A DNA stretch of 64,000 nucleotides from a virus (taxonomy: Duplodnaviria; Caudoviricetes), in the IMG/VR virus record IMGVR_UViG_3300028585_000020, positions 24,633 to 88,632 of that record. One strand, 5' to 3'. The translations under genes and the position numbers were made by a program. The notes under the pieces are model-generated. The model searched no databases. It saw nothing but the letters and a program-made list of their open reading frames with translations, and was not told the DNA's origin. Shown here piece after piece: positions 17,913 to 26,609 of this stretch. How positions within the stretch are numbered: the first letter of the stretch is position 1; each line of letters begins with the position of its first letter.

Positions 17913-18409
17913 ATTTAAAAAATAGACTTTTTCTTACGCTTGTCCCTGTCACTCTTATTGCCAGTATTGGTGTGTACGAGAGTGGTGGAAAGGAGGCTGT
18001 TAAGACTCCTTATAAGGACATTGTAGGTGTGCTTACAGTTTGCCACGGGTATACAGGCAAGGACATTATTGTCGGTAAAAAGTACACTGAGAAAGAGTGT
18101 AACGAACTGACTTTGAAAGAAATCAACAAACACGGCAAGGGTGTTCTTGAATGTATTGACGTCCAGATTAGCCAGAAGGAATACGAAGCTTATACAAGTC
18201 TTGCTTACAACATTGGCGTTTCAAATTTTTGCCGTAGCAACATTGTAAAGACGCTGAACAGTGGTAATCACGCTTTAGCTTGCAAGGGTATCTATCAGCA
18301 TCCTAATGGGAAGCCTGCTTGGAGCAACGCTGGTGGTAAGTATGTGCAAGGCTTGCAAAATCGCCGTTACAGCGAATACAAGACCTGCATGGGAGGGCTT
18401 TCTAAATGA
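17909..18409 (+). CDS. Endolysin, GH24 lysozyme, probably SAR-type
   Basis: Hydrophobic N-terminal anchor; catalytic E..D..T (YE..PYKDIVGVLTVCHGYTG); AYNIG; GLQNRR. Confidence 0.9.
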   Translation: MNLKNRLFLTLVPVTLIASIGVYESGGKEAVKTPYKDIVGVLTVCHGYTGKDIIVGKKYTEKECNELTLKEINKHGKGVLECIDVQISQKEYEAYTSLAYNIGVSNFCRSNIVKTLNSGNHALACKGIYQHPNGKPAWSNAGGKYVQGLQNRRYSEYKTCMGGLSK

Positions 18410-18738
18410 AGACCGTCACAAGCAAGATTCTGGCATTCGTTGTCGTTGTGCTCATCACTGGCGGCATTCTCGGGTACGTGCACTACCGTGGAGTTATTAG
18501 CGAACGTGATCGCAACGAGAAAGCTGCTGCCGAGCAATATCGGGAGTTGACGGTCAAGTATAACACAGTCAATACCAAATACACAACCTTGCGCGCAAAG
18601 AAGAGTGAGAAGCGTCAAGACGACATCATTAGAGAGGATAAAATCATCAATGAAAATCGTGACTATTATGCTGGCGATTGCTTTGACAGCATCGGGTTGC
18701 AGCACATTCAAAAATCCCAAGCCCCCGCTGCCAAGTAA
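18406..18738 (+). CDS. Rz: Inner-membrane spanin
   Basis: N-terminal TM helix plus coiled coil after the endolysin. Confidence 0.8.
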   Translation: MKTVTSKILAFVVVVLITGGILGYVHYRGVISERDRNEKAAAEQYRELTVKYNTVNTKYTTLRAKKSEKRQDDIIREDKIINENRDYYAGDCFDSIGLQHIQKSQAPAAK

Positions 18739-18886
18739 TCTGCTTCAGAAGTGCTCTGATGTGATTCTGCTGCAAGCTGGTGACAGGGCATCCGTGATGA
18801 AGAACATCACAGCCAATGCGTTTAATCAGCAGGAATGTGTTGACCGTCACAGCGCACTTGTGGAAGCTGTGACACAGAAGCCTTGA
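18650..18886 (+). CDS. Rz1: Outer-membrane lipoprotein spanin
   Basis: Start ATG 18650 (AGAGGA RBS); MKIVTIMLAIALTASGC lipobox; Pro-rich; overlaps Rz in another frame. Confidence 0.85.
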   Translation: MKIVTIMLAIALTASGCSTFKNPKPPLPSNLLQKCSDVILLQAGDRASVMKNITANAFNQQECVDRHSALVEAVTQKP

Positions 18887-18918
18887 CAGAGAATGTCGAG
18901 AAGCTTCACAATAGAAAA

Positions 18919-18948
18919 AGAGAGGCGTCCCGGCAAGGACGCCTCTCT
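18919..18948. terminator. Perfect 12-bp hairpin, probable terminator for leftward transcripts
   Basis: AGAGAGGCGTCC-cggcaa-GGACGCCTCTCT; A-run on + side gives a U-tract on the - strand. Confidence 0.75.
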
Positions 18949-19023
18949 CTCGATCATGCTTGGTAGGTGTGAACTAGCCCGCTAGTCTCTTGGTGAAAGC
19001 CTTGAGGTTAGTGGGCTTCTTTT
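18919..19023 (+). ncRNA. Putative ~105-nt small RNA antisense to the 3' UTR of 19022-19321
   Basis: TTGACA(18883)-18-CACAAT upstream; 14-bp stem 18976-19017 with three G-U pairs valid only on the + strand, capped by a GAAA loop, then TCTTTT. Confidence 0.45.
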
Positions 19024-19321
19024 ATGCGGCCTTGAGTTTCTGGACGTGCTCGACAAAGCCGATAGCTTCGTAGTAGGACAAGGTGGCCTCTGCCATTCGA
19101 CGTACAGGTGCAACGATTTGCGAGAACGTAATGCACTTGCTGATGGAAGTTTTTTCGTAGATAGTCTTCACGCCATCGACTGCTACGTAAATCTTTGACG
19201 TTGGCGACCCTGCACACTGCGGATTATTTTCTGCGCGCTTCACTTCCTCGGCAATCACTGGCAGCAGACCTGCAAGGATTTCGCTGACGCTAAGTTCTGC
19301 TGCGTTGTTGATAGTGTTCAT
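19022..19321 (-). CDS. Hypothetical protein, moron-like stand-alone cassette
   Basis: AAGGA RBS; own promoter at 19378-19406. Confidence 0.7.
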   Translation of the reverse strand: MNTINNAAELSVSEILAGLLPVIAEEVKRAENNPQCAGSPTSKIYVAVDGVKTIYEKTSISKCITFSQIVAPVRRMAEATLSYYEAIGFVEHVQKLKAA

Positions 19322-19377
19322 TACAGTGATTCCTTAATTAGTAGTTTTCGTGATGTCAGATATGTCCGACAGAAGCT

Positions 19378-19406
19378 AGTGTAGGGCTGTTCAAATAGAC
19401 AGTCAA
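19378..19406 (-). promoter_or_regulatory. sigma70-like promoter
   Basis: TTGACT-17-TACACT. Confidence 0.65.
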
Positions 19407-19475
19407 TGCGATTTTGCCGATTTGCTCAAATACAACGTTTTGTCAATTGCCACACAGCACATTTAACAATGATGC

Positions 19476-19739
19476 TTAATTGTCCACGGCATCGCACAGA
19501 GCCGCAAGGGTAGTTGCCTCATCAATCACTTCCTTAGTCTTGGCGGCAAAACGGCTCTTGATGAACTTGGTAATGATGCGCTTTTCGAGCTTAGTGTCCC
19601 GTACCGCTTCTTCAATCAGTTCTTTAAAGTCCTCTTTGTTGCTTTCAATTTCCGAGAGTACTGCAATACCGCGTTGCAGGAAACGGGTCAGGTCGTCCGA
19701 TTGGAAGGTGGCATTATCAATAGTGTAGGTCTTGGTCAT
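19476..19739 (-). CDS. T4 DsbA-like small dsDNA-binding protein
   Basis: 87 aa helical; DLTRFLQRG..EIESNKEDFKELIEEA..TKLEKRIITKFIKSRF pattern resembling T4 DsbA. Confidence 0.55.
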   Translation of the reverse strand: MTKTYTIDNATFQSDDLTRFLQRGIAVLSEIESNKEDFKELIEEAVRDTKLEKRIITKFIKSRFAAKTKEVIDEATTLAALCDAVDN

Positions 19740-19754
19740 TATGTTTCTCCTTAG

Positions 19755-20363
19755 TTAATCAAAAATATCTACTTCAAAATTATTAAGCGCATCTACGGCA
19801 CGTTGTTCAATTTTACCTTGCCACTTGTTTGCTAAGAATTTAGCTACATATTCGCGTCTATCTTTGTATACCAAAAATGCTTCTTCAGAGTGGTCAAAAT
19901 ATCCCAAATGCCGTTTTAGCCCACAACCGCTAGGGTAACACTCTGCACGAAATCTTCCCGTCCGTTTGAATAGGTTCACTCCTCTGGGATACGCACCTAC
20001 AGCAGACGTGCTTCCTATTACAAACTGATTAATTTCTTTCGGTACAAATACGCAAGTATCTTCTGAATACAATTTATTTCCTTTTACAAGTAAATCCTTG
20101 TCTAATTGAAATACAGTATCATGAGAATAACCTATCTGATCTTGGCACCACTCAGCAAAAGCATTAAAATTTGCGAATTTGTTTTCTGCGCCAATATAAG
20201 TTCCGTTGCGCCGTTGGTAACCCCCTTTCACATCTCCGCGTGATTCGATTGCATACCACAGTTTTCCAGATTTTGTATAAAACCGATCCTTACTATTACC
20301 TACAAATTTTAACCAGTTACCGTCTTCATCTTTGCAGTCTACTTTGTACGTGACGTTAGCCAC
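19755..20363 (-). CDS. HNH-type homing endonuclease
   Basis: Probable GTG start 20363 with GGAGG RBS; FAEWC..QLDKDLLVKGNKLYSEDTCVFVP..IN; YPRGV; HLGYF. Confidence 0.75.
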   Translation of the reverse strand: MANVTYKVDCKDEDGNWLKFVGNSKDRFYTKSGKLWYAIESRGDVKGGYQRRNGTYIGAENKFANFNAFAEWCQDQIGYSHDTVFQLDKDLLVKGNKLYSEDTCVFVPKEINQFVIGSTSAVGAYPRGVNLFKRTGRFRAECYPSGCGLKRHLGYFDHSEEAFLVYKDRREYVAKFLANKWQGKIEQRAVDALNNFEVDIFD

Positions 20364-20580
20364 GTTTTGCCTCCCGTCGTTGTTTTCGTTCTTCTTGCAG
20401 CTTGCGCTTTTCGTTATTGCGAAAGCTTCCTGCGTACCCAGCATCCCAAAACTCTTGTCCATGCTTAAGCTTCTTAGAAGCTTTATTCATTTCTTTGCGA
20501 CGTTCTCGGTAATCTTCGTAAGATTCGTTCATAGCTCTCTCGGGCGAATTGTTAAGGGGTTGCTCAGTTTGTTGTGTCAC
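20356..20580 (-). CDS. Small basic hypothetical protein
   Basis: AGGAG RBS, upstream promoter, PER..NESYEDYRERR motif. Confidence 0.7.
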   Translation of the reverse strand: MTQQTEQPLNNSPERAMNESYEDYRERRKEMNKASKKLKHGQEFWDAGYAGSFRNNEKRKLQEERKQRREAKRG

Positions 20581-20597
20581 TTTATCTCCTTAGTGGA

Positions 20598-20640
20598 GTT
20601 GACAAGAGACATCTTACGCATTGTTCAGTCTCTTGTCAAC
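20598..20640 (-). promoter_or_regulatory. sigma70 promoter embedded in a 13-bp inverted repeat
   Basis: TTGACA-17-TAAGAT on the - strand; arms GTTGACAAGAGAC / GTCTCTTGTCAAC. Confidence 0.7.
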
Positions 20641-20657
20641 AGGTTTCTTACGATTTC

Positions 20658-21614
20658 TTAATATTCCCACTCGCCTGTGAGAGAGTCCTTGCTGTATGCC
20701 GTGATGGTCGTCTCAAAGAAGTTACCAAGAATGCCGTCGCCAGTAATCTCCTCGATAAACGGGAGAGGGTTTTTAGTGATGCCAAACTGTGGCTTGAAGC
20801 CCATCTGCTGCATGCGGTAGTCGCACACAAGACGGATGTAATCCTTCAGGTCTTGTTTATTAAGCTTCTTAGGCTGATGCACCGAATAACACAAGTCAAT
20901 GAAGTCATCTTCTAGTTTAACAACTTTACGGGCCGTATCGTAGATAGCTCGTTTGAGTTCTTCTGTAACAACGGAAGGGTTCTCTTCTACGAAGATTCGG
21001 AACAATTCCGACAGCCCTTCTACATGATAAGATTCTTCAATAATACTCCATTGATTCACACTCACCATACCGGGAAGTTCATTACTTCGTGAGTGGTCCA
21101 ACAGCATGGCAAACGAGCCAAAAAGGTTGACACCCTCCATAAGAATCTGTTTGGCAAGATACTCAGCCTTGCCTTTGTTAGAGCGAAGATCAACAGATTC
21201 AATCATGAAATCATGTTTATCTTTCATTTCCTTAAACAACAAAAACTCTGTCATGAATTCTTCGCTGTCGTACCCAAGCGTGTCATTCAGCCGTTTGTAC
21301 CCAAGCATATGGGTAGTCTCGCGGGAAGCAAATGACAGCAACATAATACGAGCATCAGCATTCTTAAAGATGGGCAGCAGTTTCTCAACGTACCCCGCAC
21401 AAACGTCTGTGTCAGCTTGTGTGAACAGGCGCAGAATCATCTTGATATACGCTTTGGCAGAATCTGAAATCGTACCGTCTTTCCATTGTACGACATCAAC
21501 CGACATGTCAGCTTCTTCAGGATACCAGTGTGCTCGTTCGTGTTTGGCATACACTTCTTGTAGCTTGTGATATCGCGGTACAAAAATCTCAGTGGCTTCA
21601 GTAATTTTACTCAT
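20658..21614 (-). CDS. nrdB: Ribonucleotide reductase class Ia beta subunit
   Basis: HWYPEE, FTQAD, ETTH..Y radical tyrosine, EGVNLFGSF, EESYH diiron ligands, NFFE tail. Confidence 0.95.
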   Translation of the reverse strand: MSKITEATEIFVPRYHKLQEVYAKHERAHWYPEEADMSVDVVQWKDGTISDSAKAYIKMILRLFTQADTDVCAGYVEKLLPIFKNADARIMLLSFASRETTHMLGYKRLNDTLGYDSEEFMTEFLLFKEMKDKHDFMIESVDLRSNKGKAEYLAKQILMEGVNLFGSFAMLLDHSRSNELPGMVSVNQWSIIEESYHVEGLSELFRIFVEENPSVVTEELKRAIYDTARKVVKLEDDFIDLCYSVHQPKKLNKQDLKDYIRLVCDYRMQQMGFKPQFGITKNPLPFIEEITGDGILGNFFETTITAYSKDSLTGEWEY

Positions 21615-22200
21615 CTACTCCCCTCCCGTGGCGTTCTGTGTAACCCACATTGTTAATACGAATCATACCTTCTCTCATCTCTTCAGCAAGCCGTCTTGCA
21701 TCATTACCATACTTGTTCACTGAAAAAGATTTGCTTCTACGATTACCTTCTGAATCCTGCCACTGTGCCACCCATTTATCATAGCCATTTTGTGACTTAA
21801 AATACACGCCAGTACAACCAGATTTGTTCGACTTATATTTCTTGGCATTTCTACTGTTGACAAATTGTGTTACCAACCGAAGGTTGTCTATTTTGTTGTT
21901 TGCAGAATTTCCGTCTTCATGGTCCACAACAAAACCTTCAGGAATCTCCCCATGAAACATTTGCCAGATTACTTTATGACACAAATATTTAACTTTGTTG
22001 TATTGGAACTTGAAATAAAAACCACCACGAGAGTTTCCTGAGTAGCTTCCAGCAGTTTGCCCCTCTCTGATTTTCCTGATTTGATAATTCAGTCCGCTAA
22101 AAATATCACAATTCCAGACAAGCCCCGAAGGGCTTTCTTCATCGTACCTCAAGATATCAAAATCTACCCACTGCATGATACGCACTCCTCCCCGGTCCAA
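21607..22200 (-). CDS. HNH-AP2 homing endonuclease between nrdA and nrdB
   Basis: VVDHEDGNSANNKIDNLRLVT HNH motif; SGCTGV plus AP2-like tail; start may be 22176. Confidence 0.85.
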   Translation of the reverse strand: MDRGGVRIMQWVDFDILRYDEESPSGLVWNCDIFSGLNYQIRKIREGQTAGSYSGNSRGGFYFKFQYNKVKYLCHKVIWQMFHGEIPEGFVVDHEDGNSANNKIDNLRLVTQFVNSRNAKKYKSNKSGCTGVYFKSQNGYDKWVAQWQDSEGNRRSKSFSVNKYGNDARRLAEEMREGMIRINNVGYTERHGRGVDE

Positions 22201-24005
22201 TCTATGAGTGCTCGCCTCTCTATAGCTTTTGCGTTATCAGGGACGCCTTCACGTTCACCGCGATAGTAATACATCGTTGTCACATTTGAACTCTTAAGGA
22301 ACTTAAGGTGTACCGAATTAACATACTTACGACTACTGCCAAACGGGAAGAACACATTCAGACTTTGGCTTTGGAAACCAGCGCCGAGTGCAGCAGCACG
22401 GGCGTCTGCTTGTTCAATAACCCAATGCATGTCCAGTTCCATTGCACAAGCAAACACATTCTTTTCATGCCCATTCAAACAATCTAGCTCTGCGACACTC
22501 CCATCCTTAGACAGAATGAAATCCCAAGTTGCATCATCATCTCTCCCATAGCCTTGAAGAACTTTTTGAAGGTGCCTGTTCTTCACACGGAAGTTACCTG
22601 CCCTAGTGCTCTTTAAGAAGATATTGCGGAAGTACGGCTCGATGCTTGGCGAAGTGTCCAACAAATCTGCACTGTTAGCGTTCGGTGCGATTGCGGTGAC
22701 ACGACTATTTCGCAGTCCAGTGCCTTTCATATCTTCTGGTTCACCACGCTCGACAGCAAGTTGGCGGCTGGAAGCTTCTGCCCGCTGAGCAATCAAGCTG
22801 TTTACCTTGTGAACATGCTGCATAGCGCTGTTAAAACCGCCACTCTCAAATGCAATGCTCTTGCTTTGCAGATAGCCGTGCCAGCCCAAAGTCCCCATCC
22901 CAACAGCACGTTCACGTTTAGCAGAATAGACGGCTTTGCTCAAACTTAGTGGTGCATTGTCAATGAAACTTTGTAGCACATTATCCAAGAATCGCACAAG
23001 GTCTTCGACAATGTTTGTGTCTTTCCATTCTTCAAACTTTTCTAAATTCAGGCTACTCAGACAGCAGACAAAAGTTCGATCCTCGTCCGTTGGCAGAGTA
23101 ATCTCAGAGCACAAATTTGAACCCTTAATCTGCAAACCTAGGGCTTTCTGAGTTTCAGGCATCAGGCGATTAGCTAGGTCGATCTTCATCAGATAGGGTT
23201 CACCTGTCAGAGCACGAGTCTCCAGAATCTCTTCCCATACTTTACGTGCGTCAAGCGTCTCGCGCACTTCACCACTATGTGGGCACATAAGATCGTAAGT
23301 CGTACCATTCAGCACAGCCTCAATAAACTTGTCCGTAAGATTTACGGCATTGTGAAACTGCTGCCGATTGTCACTACGGCGCTTGCTGTCGCCACCCGGC
23401 TTGCGGAAACGGATGTGCTCAATAATATCAGGATGATCCACACGTTGATAAGCTGCCACAGCGCCCTTACGAGTCTTGCCTTGACGGTAGTAACCAATCG
23501 CACTGTCCATAACTTTCATGTACGGAATCGGACCCGGAGCTTTGCCACCGACTGCGCGAATGCTCATGTGTGCACCAGTTCCACCTCCAGCCAACGACAG
23601 GTCAGCCAGTTCCGCCATCACTTGAACTTGACCTTTAGTGGTATCAGGTACATCGAAAGCGAAGCAACTAATAGGCTGGCCTTGAGACTTCTCTTCAGGG
23701 TAGAACAAACTATCCATCCAAGGTTCTACAAAATCAAGCTCAGGATGCTTCTTCCAAGTTCCTTTCATTGCATTACTCAGTACAGGACTAGCGTACATGA
23801 ACCAACCTTCGTACACATAGTCGTAAATACGCTGAGCAAGCTCCATGTCACCATAAGAAAAAGCTACAGCCGGTCGAGCCAGAGCTTCCGAAATACTCTC
23901 ATCGTCACGCTTGTAGAACCCATCCAGTAGAGTACGAGAGAATTCTGTAATGTATTTCGGATCACTCTCGTTAATTAAGATTCCCTTGTATTCTTTTTTA
24001 TTCAT
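22164..24005 (-). CDS. nrdA: Ribonucleotide reductase class Ia alpha subunit (no ATP cone)
   Basis: ASPVLSN, ISCF, GGGTG, GSNLCSEI, CCLSSLNL, APNANS, TMYY, C-terminal CVSC. Confidence 0.95.
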   Translation of the reverse strand: MNKKEYKGILINESDPKYITEFSRTLLDGFYKRDDESISEALARPAVAFSYGDMELAQRIYDYVYEGWFMYASPVLSNAMKGTWKKHPELDFVEPWMDSLFYPEEKSQGQPISCFAFDVPDTTKGQVQVMAELADLSLAGGGTGAHMSIRAVGGKAPGPIPYMKVMDSAIGYYRQGKTRKGAVAAYQRVDHPDIIEHIRFRKPGGDSKRRSDNRQQFHNAVNLTDKFIEAVLNGTTYDLMCPHSGEVRETLDARKVWEEILETRALTGEPYLMKIDLANRLMPETQKALGLQIKGSNLCSEITLPTDEDRTFVCCLSSLNLEKFEEWKDTNIVEDLVRFLDNVLQSFIDNAPLSLSKAVYSAKRERAVGMGTLGWHGYLQSKSIAFESGGFNSAMQHVHKVNSLIAQRAEASSRQLAVERGEPEDMKGTGLRNSRVTAIAPNANSADLLDTSPSIEPYFRNIFLKSTRAGNFRVKNRHLQKVLQGYGRDDDATWDFILSKDGSVAELDCLNGHEKNVFACAMELDMHWVIEQADARAAALGAGFQSQSLNVFFPFGSSRKYVNSVHLKFLKSSNVTTMYYYRGEREGVPDNAKAIERRALIDWTGEECVSCSG

Positions 24006-24577
24006 TATACTCCTTCTACAATTTTTCGCTGTTTCTTTCGACGTGGCTTAGGGATCACTTCCGGCACTTTATAATCATACGGTGTTTTGAATGACCCGTC
24101 AAGCTTAAATTGCGTTCCCCGTACATGCAACAACACATCTTCTAGCATCTTAATCTCAGCAAGAATTCGTTGCTCTTCCATCTTGTCTTCATCTTCGTCC
24201 CGCACAGGTACGTTGTCATCAAGACTGGAAGACAGGCCGTAGTCGTGACAACGAGAACCTAGCGAGTGCAGTTCTTCAAACAAGCTGCGGTCTTTCATGC
24301 CACTAACAATCTTACGATCTTCAAAGCTTCCGAACGGGCCAGTAAGAATCTTACGATCTTGGTTAATCTCGCCTGCAATGAGAAAGTTGATGACCACTTG
24401 CCCTTGCAGATTCCTGTGCTGGTATGCCCGGTATTCCATTGGTGCGTTGATGTCGAAGCCTAGGATTGCCAGTTGGCTATTCACCAAGTCATCATTGTTG
24501 GGGTGGATCATCTCGACATAATTCAGATGGGACAGAACGTCGATTAATTTAAGATCAGTAACACTTACAGTCTTCAT
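24005..24577 (-). CDS. Hypothetical protein
   Basis: 190-aa ORF coupled by stop/start overlaps. Confidence 0.65.
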   Translation of the reverse strand: MKTVSVTDLKLIDVLSHLNYVEMIHPNNDDLVNSQLAILGFDINAPMEYRAYQHRNLQGQVVINFLIAGEINQDRKILTGPFGSFEDRKIVSGMKDRSLFEELHSLGSRCHDYGLSSSLDDNVPVRDEDEDKMEEQRILAEIKMLEDVLLHVRGTQFKLDGSFKTPYDYKVPEVIPKPRRKKQRKIVEGV

Positions 24578-25290
24578 GTGGCCTCCACTTCAATAGTTTT
24601 CGCTTCTTCATATTCTTGTGGACGAGTGTATCCACGAAACTGCATTTCCATATCTTCCCGTTTTGCTACAGCCTCCTCGAAAGTGTCAAATGCACCTCCG
24701 TAGTATTTCTTATACTTATACCTTATCGAAGCAACCCATTTACGTGTAGACTTTCTAAATATAACACCTGTCCTACCTGATGTGTTACTACAATGTTGTC
24801 GTCTATTGATAGCTTGATCCTGCGCGGTTGCCCATACGCAATTAGACGGGTGATATCCATCGTTCGTATCCCTCCTCTCTAGAGACATACCTTCTGGTCT
24901 GGCCCCCATATCTTTAAAGAAAGTCGAGAAATCTTTCCACTCTTCACAGTAGTTGATCCCCCTCTCGCCATAATGCTTGTAGGATTTGTTTTCAGGATTG
25001 TTGCAACGTTCTTTCATTGCACACCAACTTCTAAATTCCGAACTCTTTGACATACCATGCGTTGTAAACATCCCCACCACTGTTTCTGTTCGCGCACAGC
25101 CGCAAGATTTTGAAGTGCCCGATGTAAGGTTGTATTTCCACACATCTACCTCTCTACCACAATCGCAGATGCATGTGTAATTGATTGCGGTTTTTCCTGT
25201 GGCGTTTGTTGTGTTGGCACCTCTACATTTTACAACCCACTTACCAAATCTAGTCCCAGCCTCGATAGGTGTTTTCTCTGCACTAGGCAT
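24574..25290 (-). CDS. HNH/AP2 homing endonuclease
   Basis: CICDCG, THGMS, RCNNP..YGERGI, SLERRDTNDGYHPSNCVWAT, SGRTGV plus AP2 tail. Confidence 0.85.
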   Translation of the reverse strand: MPSAEKTPIEAGTRFGKWVVKCRGANTTNATGKTAINYTCICDCGREVDVWKYNLTSGTSKSCGCARTETVVGMFTTHGMSKSSEFRSWCAMKERCNNPENKSYKHYGERGINYCEEWKDFSTFFKDMGARPEGMSLERRDTNDGYHPSNCVWATAQDQAINRRQHCSNTSGRTGVIFRKSTRKWVASIRYKYKKYYGGAFDTFEEAVAKREDMEMQFRGYTRPQEYEEAKTIEVEAT

Positions 25291-25661
25291 CAGTACGCCT
25301 TCCCGCCGTCAGCTTCACGATTCTCTTTCTTGTGGTCAGGGCGGATAGCGTTGAAAGCAAGCTTCTCTTCCACTGCACCTCCCAAATCCATCCCATAAGC
25401 CCCTGCCAAATCGCAGATACGAATCAGTGCATCAGCAAGCTCAACTTCACGCATATCACGATGTGGCAGCTTGTCATCTTTAAGATTCTTGCGATCACCT
25501 TCCATCGCCTCTGCAACCTCTGAAACAATCAACATCAGCTTTTGCGAGAAGCACATCGGGTTGTCGCGAGTGTCACCATTCTTATTCGCCCACCAACCCG
25601 CATTGAAAGAGGCATCATGGCAAACTTTAACTGCGCTATTGATTTCTTTTTTAATACCCAT
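25290..25661 (-). CDS. MazG-like nucleoside triphosphate pyrophosphohydrolase
   Basis: KLMLIVSEVAEAMEG..EVELADALIRICDL..EEKLAFN. Confidence 0.85.
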   Translation of the reverse strand: MGIKKEINSAVKVCHDASFNAGWWANKNGDTRDNPMCFSQKLMLIVSEVAEAMEGDRKNLKDDKLPHRDMREVELADALIRICDLAGAYGMDLGGAVEEKLAFNAIRPDHKKENREADGGKAY

Positions 25662-25739
25662 ATTATTATTCCTTCCGATTTTCTACCAATTTAACTAACA
25701 ACATAATCAGGCAAAAGAAGCCTGCGATGTCCGTGATGT

Positions 25740-26609
25740 TCACAGGCTCATAGCCTCCAAGATTGGAACACCGTCGATAATCAAACAAGTCCCAATGATA
25801 GGCCGCTTAAGATTTGTGTTATTGTATGCGAACGCATAATTCTTATCATCAATCAAACACCCACCATTCATCGCCCAGAACAATCCATTCGGGTTAGCCC
25901 AATACTTGACCCCAAAGCTTTCATGGAAGTGTCCGCACACATGACTCATCGACATTGCTTGACTGGTCTTGATAGCGTCACTGCTCTTGCCGTGGTGGAT
26001 ATAAACTCGCTGACCATCTGGCAGAGTGATAGTAAGTTCGTTGTGCCACTTCCACCCTTCACCAACTCCCAACACTTCATTATAGCTGCGAATATATCGA
26101 CGTGGCAGACCATGATGCTTTGCTTTGCGATAAACCATCGAGCCGTGGTTAGAATCAATAATATCCATCTCAGGGAACAATGCCTCAAGCTCCGCAATCA
26201 CTGGAAGGCTTGCTGCAAGTTCGTCCCCAGCACTCATCAAATCGGGGTCACTGTCATGGAACGACAGAGCGTGCTTGTCAAGTTCATCGCCCAGACAGAT
26301 GATTCGAGTGGGTTGGTAACGCTCTTTCAAACTCTTCAAGAACGGAATAGTGTTCGGATGATGATAAGGAATGTGCATGTCCGAAATAAACAGAATCCGG
26401 CTATTATCATGCAGAGGCTTCACAACCTCCACTTCATTAAGCTCTGCGACAATCCCATCTTCGACATCTGACATTGCCTTATAATAAGCCCTCAGATAAT
26501 CCAGACAAGTGCTACGAGCCACACCGAGAAATTCTGCAATCTCCCTCCGGCTCATAACGCCAGTGTTTGCAAGTTTAACCGCTTCGACGCGCCAATCTTT
26601 TACAATCAT
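25740..26609 (-). CDS. Metallophosphoesterase with N-terminal HTH
   Basis: ISDMHIP, CLGDELD, DSNHG, IHHG, CGHFH motifs; SRREIAEFLGVARST HTH. Confidence 0.85.
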   Translation of the reverse strand: MIVKDWRVEAVKLANTGVMSRREIAEFLGVARSTCLDYLRAYYKAMSDVEDGIVAELNEVEVVKPLHDNSRILFISDMHIPYHHPNTIPFLKSLKERYQPTRIICLGDELDKHALSFHDSDPDLMSAGDELAASLPVIAELEALFPEMDIIDSNHGSMVYRKAKHHGLPRRYIRSYNEVLGVGEGWKWHNELTITLPDGQRVYIHHGKSSDAIKTSQAMSMSHVCGHFHESFGVKYWANPNGLFWAMNGGCLIDDKNYAFAYNNTNLKRPIIGTCLIIDGVPILEAMSL

